A DNA stretch of 64,000 nucleotides from an uncultured bacterium (GCA_964577695.1 CAZOAL010000014.1:49250-113249); one strand, 5' to 3'. Counted from the first letter of the stretch, positions 25,127 through 33,018 are shown. Made by a program: numbers and translations. The notes: generated by a model from the sequence alone, not told the origin.

Positions 25127-26881
25127 TCATTGAGCCGCGCTCCCTTCAATGACTTCGATGACACGATTCACCTCGAGGTCGGCGTACCGATCGCTCCGTC
25201 CAGATGGCCAAATCACCTCTAGCGATTCAACCCTTTTGCTTTGCCCTAACCCGAAAGTGAGCACCGTTTCACTCTGAGAGCAATAGCTACTTCCCGTCCG
25301 AACTATCCGTCGTTGCGTCACGCCCCCCGCTTTGATGATCATTTTTGCACCGATGCCGTCTCGATTACTCCCCCCCCCGCCCGCGGGGGGGACCAAAGGG
25401 GAAATGCCCCTGACCCCCCCGTGGACGGGGGGGGTGCCAATCGTTTTGACACGCAGATAGTTGTTCCGATTCCCGCCATCATTTCGTAATAGCCACGCCT
25501 TCCCATAATCTGGATGGACGCCGTTGTTGGAGACCAGCACATCGACATCCCCATCGTTATCATAGTCACCGTAGGCTGCGCCGCGTCCGACGCCCAGCTT
25601 CCCAAGCCCAACCTGGGAAGCGATCTCCTCAAAGGTGCCGTCATGCCGATTCCAAAAGAGTGACGGCAGTTGTGTGTAGCTCACATTCTGCTGATATCGA
25701 CCCACATCCGGCTCAATGTGGCCGTTCACGCAGAACAGGTCCAGGTAGCCGTCCAGATCGAAATCGAAGAAGAACAGACCGAATGTCAACGTGAGCAGGC
25801 TTGCGTTTCCAATCTTCACTCGCGTTGCCAGATCGGAGAAGTAATCCCCCGGGCGGGCATAGAAAAACGCTGTCATTTCGTTGCTGAAATTCCCGATTGA
25901 GATTGCAAGCCCGCCATCGTTATGCACATCCGCCGCGTCGATTCCCATGCCGCCTCGTGCGCTTCCGCTCTCATCGAACGCAACGCCCATCAGGATGGCT
26001 TCATCAGTGAATGTACCATCACCGTTGTTGTGATACAGGAAATTCGGCTCGGTATCATTCGCAACGGCGAGGTCCAGCCAACCGTCGTCGTCATAGTCCA
26101 GCAACGTCACGCCGAGCGACTTGCCGTTGGGGTTGTAGACGCCGGACGATGTGGTTACATCTTCAAAAGTCCCATTCCCACGGTTATGGTAGAGGCGACA
26201 GGATTGGCCCGGATAAACGCTCGGTGTGCAGTAAGATGGGTGCCGGTGATCGACTGTGCAGGGGATATCCGTTTCGATCGTCCATTGCACATAGTTGCAC
26301 ACGAATAAATCCAGCCAGCCGTCTCGATCATAATCGAAAAACGCGGCGCTCGTAGACCAGCTTGGGTCCCCAACCTTTGCTATCTCGGTCACATCGGTGA
26401 ACGTGCCATCCCCGTTGTTGCGGAAAAGTCGATTAGGACCCAGATTGGTGAAGTAGAGGTCGGCATCTCCGTCGTTGTCATAATCGGCGATGGCGACGCC
26501 CATGCCGTACATCGACACGTCTAACTTTGCCGCACGGGTGACATCGGAAAACCTGCCATCCCCCAGATTGCGATAGAGTTTGGGCGTCTGATTGGACTTG
26601 CCATCACTCCAACTTTTCCCATTGACGAGGAGGATGTCCAAATTTCCATCGTTGTCGAAGTCAAGGAAGGCGCAACCTGCCCCCATCGTTTCAGGCATAT
26701 ATCGCTTCCCGGCCGCTCCGGTGAAATGTCTGAAATCAATCCCCGCCTGATTGGTGACATCAACGAACTTCACAGCGGGGGGGGTAGCATAACTGGTTCC
26801 GATGCAGAGGGTGAGCGCGAAACATAAAACGTGAAACGTGAGGGGTGAAACGTGAAACGTAAAACGTGAGGGGTGAGGCAT
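25127..26881 (-). CDS. CRTAC1-family secreted protein (FG-GAP/VCBS repeats plus ASPIC/UnbV C-terminal domain)
   Basis: Repeated D-x-D-x-DG-x-x-D motifs (DFDNDGNLDIL, DYDNDGDADLY, DYDRDGWLDLF, DYDDDGWLDLA, DFDLDGYLDLF, DYDNDGDVDVL) and an UnbV-like tail (NRDGIGAKMIIK...RTGSSYCSQSE). Confidence 0.8.
   Translation of the reverse strand: MPHPSRFTFHVSPLTFHVLCFALTLCIGTSYATPPAVKFVDVTNQAGIDFRHFTGAAGKRYMPETMGAGCAFLDFDNDGNLDILLVNGKSWSDGKSNQTPKLYRNLGDGRFSDVTRAAKLDVSMYGMGVAIADYDNDGDADLYFTNLGPNRLFRNNGDGTFTDVTEIAKVGDPSWSTSAAFFDYDRDGWLDLFVCNYVQWTIETDIPCTVDHRHPSYCTPSVYPGQSCRLYHNRGNGTFEDVTTSSGVYNPNGKSLGVTLLDYDDDGWLDLAVANDTEPNFLYHNNGDGTFTDEAILMGVAFDESGSARGGMGIDAADVHNDGGLAISIGNFSNEMTAFFYARPGDYFSDLATRVKIGNASLLTLTFGLFFFDFDLDGYLDLFCVNGHIEPDVGRYQQNVSYTQLPSLFWNRHDGTFEEIASQVGLGKLGVGRGAAYGDYDNDGDVDVLVSNNGVHPDYGKAWLLRNDGGNRNNYLRVKTIGTPPVHGGVRGISPLVPPAGGGGSNRDGIGAKMIIKAGGVTQRRIVRTGSSYCSQSETVLTFGLGQSKRVESLEVIWPSGRSDRYADLEVNRVIEVIEGSAAQ
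26818..26878. repeat. Heptamer repeat block (GTGAAAC/GTAAAAC/GTGAGGG) inside the 5' end of the CRTAC1 ORF
   Basis: cgaaacataaaacgtgaaacgtgaggggtgaaacgtgaaacgtaaaacgtgaggggtgagg. Confidence 0.9.
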
Positions 26882-26962
26882 GAGAATTGGTAATTTCCTT
26901 CCTATTCAGGACTTGAGATTCTTCGCTTCACTGTTCCTTGCAAAAATCCATCACCAGACATG

Positions 26963-27017
26963 AAAAAGCCGGACAGCCACAAAATCTGCATCTTTGGCAA
27001 TCCGGCTTTTTCTTTTT
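26963..27017. terminator. Possible bidirectional intrinsic terminator
   Basis: aaaaaGCCGGAcaGCC...GGCaaTCCGGCtttttcttttt: the stem is flanked by an A-run and a T-run. It lies downstream of the tandem retropepsin genes. Confidence 0.4.
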
Positions 27018-27084
27018 CAAAATGATTTCCACAGTCCTTAAGGGTTAGCGGGTGGCCAGGAGAAACAGCGTTTCTTTGCACGAC

Positions 27085-27516
27085 TTAGCACACGCCCACA
27101 GCATAATATTGTTCCTCAATCCATTCATTTCCATGCGCAGGATTGTAAATCAGACCTCGTTTCACATCAAGACACAAATCCAGATGTTCCATCACCAGAT
27201 GTCCGACCAGCACAGGCGCATCATCGGGTAAATCCGTGACCTTCATAGAATCTGCTCGCCCTAAAATCGTGAATTCCACTTCTGAATAAATGGTTTTGTC
27301 GACCTCCCCATTGGCTGTCTTCGATCTGGTTTTGCCAACCGGCGTGAGTCCCAACTGTTGGATGAGCGAACGGGGCAATGACAGCCGTGATGCACCGGTG
27401 TCGACTAACGCCTCTTTCACGATGACTTGACGCACGCCTTCAGGTTTAATCACGCCATCTTCCGCCCGTATCATATCTTCTCGATTGACTAATTTGATTT
27501 CGGTTGTGTACCTCAT
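27085..27516 (-). CDS. Retropepsin-like (clan AA) aspartic protease, paralog A
   Basis: EALVDTGASRLSLPR (DTGA motif) in a 143-aa protein. About four-fifths identical by eye to the 34008 copy. Confidence 0.7.
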   Translation of the reverse strand: MRYTTEIKLVNREDMIRAEDGVIKPEGVRQVIVKEALVDTGASRLSLPRSLIQQLGLTPVGKTRSKTANGEVDKTIYSEVEFTILGRADSMKVTDLPDDAPVLVGHLVMEHLDLCLDVKRGLIYNPAHGNEWIEEQYYAVGVC

Positions 27517-27537
27517 TTATGGTCTCCTTTCTGTTTT

Positions 27538-27954
27538 TCAAAGTTGATTCTCAATCCATTCACCGTCATGCGCCGGATTGTAAATGAGACCGCGTTTAAT
27601 GTCCAGACACAAATCCAGAAGTTCCATCACAATATGGCCGACTAGCACGGGCACGTCATCGGGCAGGTCTGTGACTTCTAGTGCCCCTCTCCGTCCCAGA
27701 ACAGTGAACTCCACTGTTGAATATATCGTTCTTTCGACGACGCCGTTTGTGGTCCGCGACTTGGCTTTGCCAACCGGCGTTAAGCCCAACTGTTGAATGA
27801 GCAAACGGGGCAATGACAACCGCGATGCGCCCGTGTCAACGATCGCCTCTTTCACAATAACCTGACGTACTTCTTCAGGTTTGATTACACCATCCTCAAC
27901 TCGAATCATATCTTTCAGATTGACTAACTTGATTTCCGTGGTATGCTTCATCAT
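27538..27954 (-). CDS. Retropepsin-like (clan AA) aspartic protease, paralog B (tandem to A)
   Basis: EAIVDTGASRLSLPR. The start is trimmed to MMKHTTEIKLVN. The upstream RBS context (aaacagaGGGGAGacc) parallels that of copy A. Confidence 0.7.
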   Translation of the reverse strand: MMKHTTEIKLVNLKDMIRVEDGVIKPEEVRQVIVKEAIVDTGASRLSLPRLLIQQLGLTPVGKAKSRTTNGVVERTIYSTVEFTVLGRRGALEVTDLPDDVPVLVGHIVMELLDLCLDIKRGLIYNPAHDGEWIENQL

Positions 27955-28100
27955 GGTCTCCCCTCTGTTTTTCAAAGCTGAGATTCTATCCGTTACTACC
28001 CTTCCCCTTAATCTCTTTCCTAAATAGGATAGCACTATCCACGGCTTCTGTCAATCTCAATTTCTGTTGCATCTGTCTGGAGATGTGGTATAATACAAAA

Positions 28101-28186
28101 TTCAAGATTCACTTGCCTCCTGCATCTTGTATCCTGCATCATGAATCCTGCATCTTGTATCTTGAATCCTGTATCTTGAATCTTGT
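28101..28186. repeat. Heptamer block (TGCATCT/TGTATCC/TGAATCC variants)
   Basis: ttcaagattcacttgcctcctgcatcttgtatcctgcatcatgaatcctgcatcttgtatcttgaatcctgtatcttgaatcttg. Confidence 0.9.
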
Positions 28187-28189
28187 TCT

Positions 28190-29185
28190 ATGACCAGACG
28201 ATTTCTCATCTCCAGGGTACTATTCCCGACAGCGATTGCCGTTGTCGTGAGCTATTTCCTACTGTCGCAGATTTCCATCCGAAGCATCCCGGAGACGCTC
28301 GGACGTTTGCCACTCCGGTCTCTGGTAGTCGGATTTGGTTTATATTGCCTGTTTGTATGGACGAAGGCACTGCGCTTCCGTGAATTGCTCCGGCTGGAGC
28401 GACCCATCCGGCAACTGCTCCCCATCCTCGCACTGCACACGTTTTGGGGGAATATCCTGCCAATGCGAGGCGGGGATGTCTCTTATATCTACTTGATGAA
28501 GCGTCGTGAACAGGTGGATGGGGCCAAAAGCGTCGCGTCGCTCATGCTGGCAAGCCTTATCGATCTCGCCCTGCTGATTGCGCTGATGGTCGGCACAGGC
28601 TGGCTGCTCCGCTCTCACCTCGAAGGGCAATTGTCATACATCGTCCTTTACCTCATGCCAATCCTGATCGGCATTTTGCTGATTGGCCTGATGACGATGG
28701 CGAGCCTTGCCCCCCAAGCCTGCATGGGGCTTGCGGAAAGTTGTGTGCGTCCTTTGCTGCGTTGTAACCAACCGCTCGTTTTATGGTTGACGCACAAATG
28801 CCTTGAAGTGGTCCGTGAGCTCACCCATCTTCGTTTGGATCGACGATTCTTCACCGTGTGGGGATATTCAATCGTCAGCTTGGGTATGCGCTTTGGATTT
28901 CAGTGTTATCTGGTGCGCGAGATGGGAGTTGCCGTTTCAGTGGTGAGTTTGCTCTTCGCTTTGGCATTTACCAACCTCTTTAATCTGCTACCGATTCAAA
29001 GCGTCGGGAACTTTGGGACGATTGAAGCCCCTTTCGCGTGGGCTTTAATGCGTTTCAGTACGCCGAAAGAGGTTGCCCTGGTTTCGGGGTTTAGCTTGCA
29101 TCTGATTATTTTGCTTTACTGTTTACCACTGGGAGTTTACGGATTTCTCAGGAAGAAGCAGGTGCGTGGGAACGAAATGAAATGA
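28190..29185 (+). CDS. UPF0104 / lysylphosphatidylglycerol-synthase-TM-region-like (flippase-like) membrane protein
   Basis: About 8 transmembrane segments and the typical ...R.GDV.Y.. region (LPMRGGDVSYIYLMKR). Paralogous in architecture to 49086..50126. Confidence 0.6.
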   Translation: MTRRFLISRVLFPTAIAVVVSYFLLSQISIRSIPETLGRLPLRSLVVGFGLYCLFVWTKALRFRELLRLERPIRQLLPILALHTFWGNILPMRGGDVSYIYLMKRREQVDGAKSVASLMLASLIDLALLIALMVGTGWLLRSHLEGQLSYIVLYLMPILIGILLIGLMTMASLAPQACMGLAESCVRPLLRCNQPLVLWLTHKCLEVVRELTHLRLDRRFFTVWGYSIVSLGMRFGFQCYLVREMGVAVSVVSLLFALAFTNLFNLLPIQSVGNFGTIEAPFAWALMRFSTPKEVALVSGFSLHLIILLYCLPLGVYGFLRKKQVRGNEMK

Positions 29186-29195
29186 AGTCTATTTT

Positions 29196-29228
29196 AGACT
29201 TCCGAAGTCTCACAGACTTCGGAAGTCT
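29196..29228. terminator. AGACTTCCGAAGTCT-family double hairpin between convergent genes
   Basis: agacttccgaagtct, cacag, acttcggaagtct. It lies between the stop at 29185 (+) and the stop at 29257 (-). Confidence 0.5.
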
Positions 29229-29256
29229 GGAGGACTGCCTATACAAGTTCATCCAC

Positions 29257-30330
29257 TTAACTTTTCCGTGCCTCCATCAGGCAGCGGATATACTGTTCCG
29301 AAACCTCAAGGTCTTTGATTGCATCGGCTGCCGGAGAGATCGTCGGGCTACCCGTTTTCAGGCACTGCACAAAGTGTCGGGCTTGCTCAAGGAACGCCCA
29401 CCGTTGCGGGATAAGGGGGCGGATTTCTTGCGGGTTGTTGGCATCGCCAAATCCAGAGCTGTTATAGATGACCACATCGCCGGCGCGTTGCCGCGCCATC
29501 GGGGCGGGGAGTTGCAGGTCGATTCGCCCTTTCTCAAAGCAGACGCGGTAAGACTCCTCCCACCGATTCCGCATCCCACACGCTGCCATTTCCAGCGTAC
29601 ACGGCACACCGCTATCAGAGATCGCGACGAGAAGCTGGGAGCGCGGATCGACGTAAGTGACCCGATAATCTTCGCCAATGAGATAGCGCAACAGGTTGAC
29701 CTGATGGATATAGAAGTTGATGAAACCGTTATACTGCCCGCCCAGAGCACCCATCCACTCCGGCGGTGATTCTCCGGTTTGCCCTTCATAAGCGGTGGGC
29801 GAATCGCCCTTATTGATGGGACACTCATGCTCATAGATCCAATCCCCGGCTGGCATTGCAATCCGCACGTAAGTCATCCCCCCCATTTCGCCGGATGCCT
29901 TCCAATCCTGCACCGTCTTGTGAACAAGCTTCGACGCCGGATCGTGACGCTTCATGTAGCCCACCTGATAGAGTATCTCTTTCTCTTTCGCCTGCCCAAC
30001 CAGCTTCCGCGCTGAATCGGATCGGATGCAGATCGGCTTTTCCGTCGCCACCGGCTTTCCAGCAGCGAGGATGTCGGCGACCAGGGCACGATACAGGTGA
30101 AATCCCATAATCGCAACAACGCCATCGATTTCCGCATGCTCCAGCATCTCGTGGTGATTCGGATACACTTCGCGGATACCGTAGCGTTGGGCAACCGCTT
30201 GTGCAGTTTTCGCTCTCCCTTCCGCCAGCGCGACCAATTCGCAATCGTCAATCGTCGCGTAGTTTGCAATATGTGCCAGTTGTCCCATATAACCACATCC
30301 AACAAAACCGAGACGTACCTTTTCACTCAT
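29257..30330 (-). CDS. Gfo/Idh/MocA-family oxidoreductase
   Basis: MSEKVRLGFVGCGYMGQLAHI follows AAGGAG. The longer listed ORF (to 30438) is translated repeat. Confidence 0.85.
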   Translation of the reverse strand: MSEKVRLGFVGCGYMGQLAHIANYATIDDCELVALAEGRAKTAQAVAQRYGIREVYPNHHEMLEHAEIDGVVAIMGFHLYRALVADILAAGKPVATEKPICIRSDSARKLVGQAKEKEILYQVGYMKRHDPASKLVHKTVQDWKASGEMGGMTYVRIAMPAGDWIYEHECPINKGDSPTAYEGQTGESPPEWMGALGGQYNGFINFYIHQVNLLRYLIGEDYRVTYVDPRSQLLVAISDSGVPCTLEMAACGMRNRWEESYRVCFEKGRIDLQLPAPMARQRAGDVVIYNSSGFGDANNPQEIRPLIPQRWAFLEQARHFVQCLKTGSPTISPAADAIKDLEVSEQYIRCLMEARKS

Positions 30331-30351
30331 AATAATGATTCTCCTTATAAT

Positions 30352-30420
30352 GTGAAACGTGAAACGTGAAACGTGAAGCGTGAAACGTAATGCGTAATGC
30401 GTAAAACGTGATACGTGATT
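30352..30420. repeat. Heptamer block (GTGAAAC x4, GTAATGC x2, GTAAAAC, GTGATAC)
   Basis: gtgaaacgtgaaacgtgaaacgtgaagcgtgaaacgtaatgcgtaatgcgtaaaacgtgatacgtgatt. Confidence 0.95.
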
Positions 30421-30430
30421 GGGAAGCGGG

Positions 30431-31126
30431 CTATTCATCTTTGGTGGCGAATGTAATGTCGATCTTTATGGTATTCCCCACTTCATCCTTAGCCAGACCT
30501 TCGATGATATAGGTTGCATGATGAACAAGCCCTTTTCCTTCCGGCGGCTTAATGGTCACGGAATCTTCTCCCCAACTCGGCATCCAACCGAGTGCATCTT
30601 CGCCTTTAGGCCTGATGTCAATCGTGCCTTGGCGGACACATATATTAAACCGAATCGTGATACCTTCGGCATTCAACAACTCTGGGGCAACGTCCTCATC
30701 TCCATTTTTCACACTCGCCCATACAATGCTCGGCGGTCCGATGTCCACATACCCCTTCACCACACGCAAGGTAATTTTAGCACCGGGGCCGCTAGAACCG
30801 TCCCTGTTTGTCCATGCGATAGTAAATGTTGCTGATGTCCCAATGGCAAAGAAACATTTCGTTTGACCACCGATGAGGTATAAATCGTGGCTGTCCAAAA
30901 GTATAGTTGCCCCCTCAACATAGACATCGTGTCCATTGACGGTAACAGACAGCGGTGGCTGATCAAAGTTTAACTTCAATTCCCCATAGAAAGGTATTTC
31001 GCCCCCATCTGGAGGCTCACTGCCGATGAAGTTCACTATTTCCCCATCGCCTCCACAACTACAAACTATCAGGCAGATTAGACTTAAAAACACAATGCAA
31101 AGCGTCTTTTCGTTCTTCAGTCTCAC
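30431..31126 (-). CDS. Putative lipoprotein, beta-rich (Ig-like), hypothetical
   Basis: Signal plus lipobox (CIVFLSLICLIVCSCGG). Confidence 0.5.
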   Translation of the reverse strand: MRLKNEKTLCIVFLSLICLIVCSCGGDGEIVNFIGSEPPDGGEIPFYGELKLNFDQPPLSVTVNGHDVYVEGATILLDSHDLYLIGGQTKCFFAIGTSATFTIAWTNRDGSSGPGAKITLRVVKGYVDIGPPSIVWASVKNGDEDVAPELLNAEGITIRFNICVRQGTIDIRPKGEDALGWMPSWGEDSVTIKPPEGKGLVHHATYIIEGLAKDEVGNTIKIDITFATKDE

Positions 31127-31204
31127 CTTCTTTCCAGCCCCTTTTTACCGCCCTTCTATCAACGTTTCTTTCTATTTTCCATTCCTTCCAATCTGCCTGT
31201 CTAA

Positions 31205-31639
31205 CTACCCAATCTCCACCAACTCCAGCGTGATGCCATCCGGGTCAAGGAAATACACCGATTTCACAATGGCCCCACCTTCGCGCCCTGTGACAACCGG
31301 TTCAGACTTAAACGGAACCCCTTTTCGCCGAAGCTCACGATAGGCTGCGTCCATGTCATCAACGATGAAGGCGATATGAGCGCTCCCTGTATCGCATGTC
31401 TGGGTATCAAGCGGCTTCCCAATTGGCGACAGGTATTGAATCAACTCAATGACGTCCCCATAAGCACTCAGATGGACAATACGCAACATGGCGTCAGGAA
31501 TTTGTGTTACACTATGGTCTGGAGATTCCTGGACGATAACCTCTGAGTGGACACGCATACCAAGGCACCCTGTATAGAAAGCCAGGGATGTGTCCATGTC
31601 ACGCACCGTGAAACTGAAATGGTGGAGGCCTTTGAGCAT
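31205..31639 (-). CDS. VOC-family (glyoxalase/bleomycin-resistance/dioxygenase) protein
   Basis: LHHFSFTVRDMDTSLAFYTGCLGM...GSAHIAFIVDDMD...FLDPDGITLELVE. Confidence 0.8.
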   Translation of the reverse strand: MLKGLHHFSFTVRDMDTSLAFYTGCLGMRVHSEVIVQESPDHSVTQIPDAMLRIVHLSAYGDVIELIQYLSPIGKPLDTQTCDTGSAHIAFIVDDMDAAYRELRRKGVPFKSEPVVTGREGGAIVKSVYFLDPDGITLELVEIG

Positions 31640-31856
31640 CGAAGAAAAATCCTTTCATTTCAAATCTTCAGAAGGTTCCGAACCTTCCGAAGGTTAAAAC
31701 CGTCGTCGTTCTCAAATTCTAACCGAAAAGCGGAAGATTGTCAATTCTGTTGTTAAGTTTCTGGGCACCAATTTTCGCAGGTTAGTTCAAACGGGAAGAA
31801 GAAACCGGGGGCAGTAAGAAACCGAGTTTTTTGGTTATAGCCGGTGATGTTCAGAC

Positions 31857-31939
31857 CTAACCCCCCGGCCCCCTTCCCTCTAGGGAAGGGGAGTCTTCTC
31901 CCCTCTCCGTGTCGGGGAGGGGCGGGGGGAGGGGTTTAG
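31857..31939. repeat. GC-rich compound palindromic element (intergenic copy)
   Basis: ctaaCCCCCCGGCCCCCTTCCCTCTAGGGAAGGGGAG...TCCCCTCTCCgtgtcGGGGAGGGGCGGGGGGAGGGGtttag. Related palindromes lie inside three genes (14782, 25371, 63245). Confidence 0.7.
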
Positions 31940-32175
31940 AAAACCCTCATAACTGTCAGGAGACGCCGGCTCTGGCCGCCTGACTGATGCACAATATTCG
32001 TGAAAGGTTATTTAGCGCACCATAAGTAAAGTTACGTTTCAGAAGGGGTTTCTGTCTTTAGAACCTAAGACGGAGTTGTAACCCTTCTGGTTGACGTGCT
32101 GAGGTACAACCCCAGTTGCTTTGAATCCCGTGAAACGGGGCAGAACAGAATGTGAAGTTTGTTTTTGAAAATTAG

Positions 32176-32355
32176 TTATACCTTTCCACAGAATTTCTTC
32201 CTGTAGGTCGGGTTTCCAAACCCGACGCTCTGGGTGTCGAGATTGGAATCTCGACTGACTTGATGGAGGAGTTTCGCTCCGTCATCGTCGATGGGGCTGA
32301 CCGTCTGGCGGCCGCGAAGGCGAAAAAAAAGATTGACAACGTGACCCAATTATGA
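32176..32355 (+). pseudogene. Probable cas1 remnant (short open frame containing a Cas1-like DLMEEFR-x-V-I-V-D motif)
   Basis: My own translation gives ...TEFLPVGRVSKPDALGVEIGISTDLMEEFRSVIVDGADRLAAAKAKKKIDNVTQL*. DLMEEFRSVIVD (32257-32292) resembles the conserved Cas1 segment, recalled as ...SLALDLMEEFRPvvvDr.... Two 20-nt hairpins (32207-32226, 32236-32255) sit inside the frame. Confidence 0.35.
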
Positions 32356-32597
32356 GATAATCACTCCATCCCAAACGACGGGAGGCACCATCGCCACACG
32401 GAAGCGAAAATCGGCTTCAAACCCAGATGTCACGCGGGATGCAGCCCTCTTTATTGAAAAATTCTCGTTTGGGTCAGTCGTGATGCGGGTTTGAGCCATT
32501 TTGGGGTTCATTTCCCCCCCAAAACAGGGGATGGCAAATCACTCGTTTGGAAATGGCAATTTTAGCCCGCACCACGACTGCCTCCGGGATGGGTACT

Positions 32598-32685
32598 CTC
32601 GAAACACTAGACCCGGCTAATAGGGGATTGAAACAAGATCCAGCTTGCCGCGCGATTTACGCCAGCGCCCGACTCGAAACACTAG
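32598..32685 (+). CRISPR. Degenerate CRISPR remnant: one 37-nt repeat, a 38-nt spacer-like segment, and the first 13 nt of a second repeat
   Basis: CTCGAAACACTAGACCCGGCTAATAGGGGATTGAAAC (32598-32634) ends in the ATTGAAAC tag typical of Cas6-processed repeats. ctcgaaacactag recurs at 32673-32685 and then diverges. It lies about 240 nt downstream of the cas1-like remnant. Confidence 0.3.
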
Positions 32686-32907
32686 CTCCATGTGAGTGCT
32701 ATTGATGCCGTCTTGCGGGATGCCTAGTGGGGCGGTTTTGAACACGTCACCACGCTGGTCAGCAACGTCACTCCCGATGAGCGGGATGACCCCACCGATT
32801 GGAATATCATAAAGGGGCTCAAGGATTTGGTAGAGAAGACGGAGGCGGATGACCTCGTGGTGCTCTACTTCTCCGGTCACGGTTGGCAGAGCGGAGATGA
32901 AGCTTAT

Positions 32908-33018
32908 ACCGATTCCGAATTGAAATATGACATCCCCGTAGTGGCGACTTCAGTCGCTTAAAGGGCGATTGAAATCGCCACTACCGTTTCATGATGGAAT
33001 TGAATCTGGAATTGGTAT
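32908..33018. mobile_element. MITE family B inserted in the caspase gene (TIR ATACCRATTCC...)
   Basis: ataccgattccgaattgaa...gtagtggcga // tcgccactac...ttgaatctggaattggtat. The 111-nt segment keeps the reading frame but carries a TAA. Confidence 0.5.

Noticed and set aside
30331-30438. N-terminal extensions of the longest ORFs through repeat blocks (also 47451..47519, 48978..49082, 41107..41154, 58929..58988)
   Set aside because: In each case a strong RBS plus ATG, followed by the canonical family N-terminus, lies downstream. The extensions are stop-free only because of the repeat periodicity.
32100-32145. GTTGCTTTGAATCCCGTGAAACGGGGCAGAAC as a second CRISPR-type repeat
   Set aside because: It occurs only once in the window with no periodic spacing. 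Its internal palindrome (CCCGTGAAACGGGG) may just be another GTGAAAC-derived hairpin.
32683-32727. Two in-frame TAG codons in the caspase gene as possible stop-codon recoding (for example pyrrolysine or a reassigned TAG)
   Set aside because: The gene is also truncated and carries two MITEs with TAA/TAG stops. No pyl genes or PYLIS-like context are visible. Ordinary pseudogenisation is the simpler reading.
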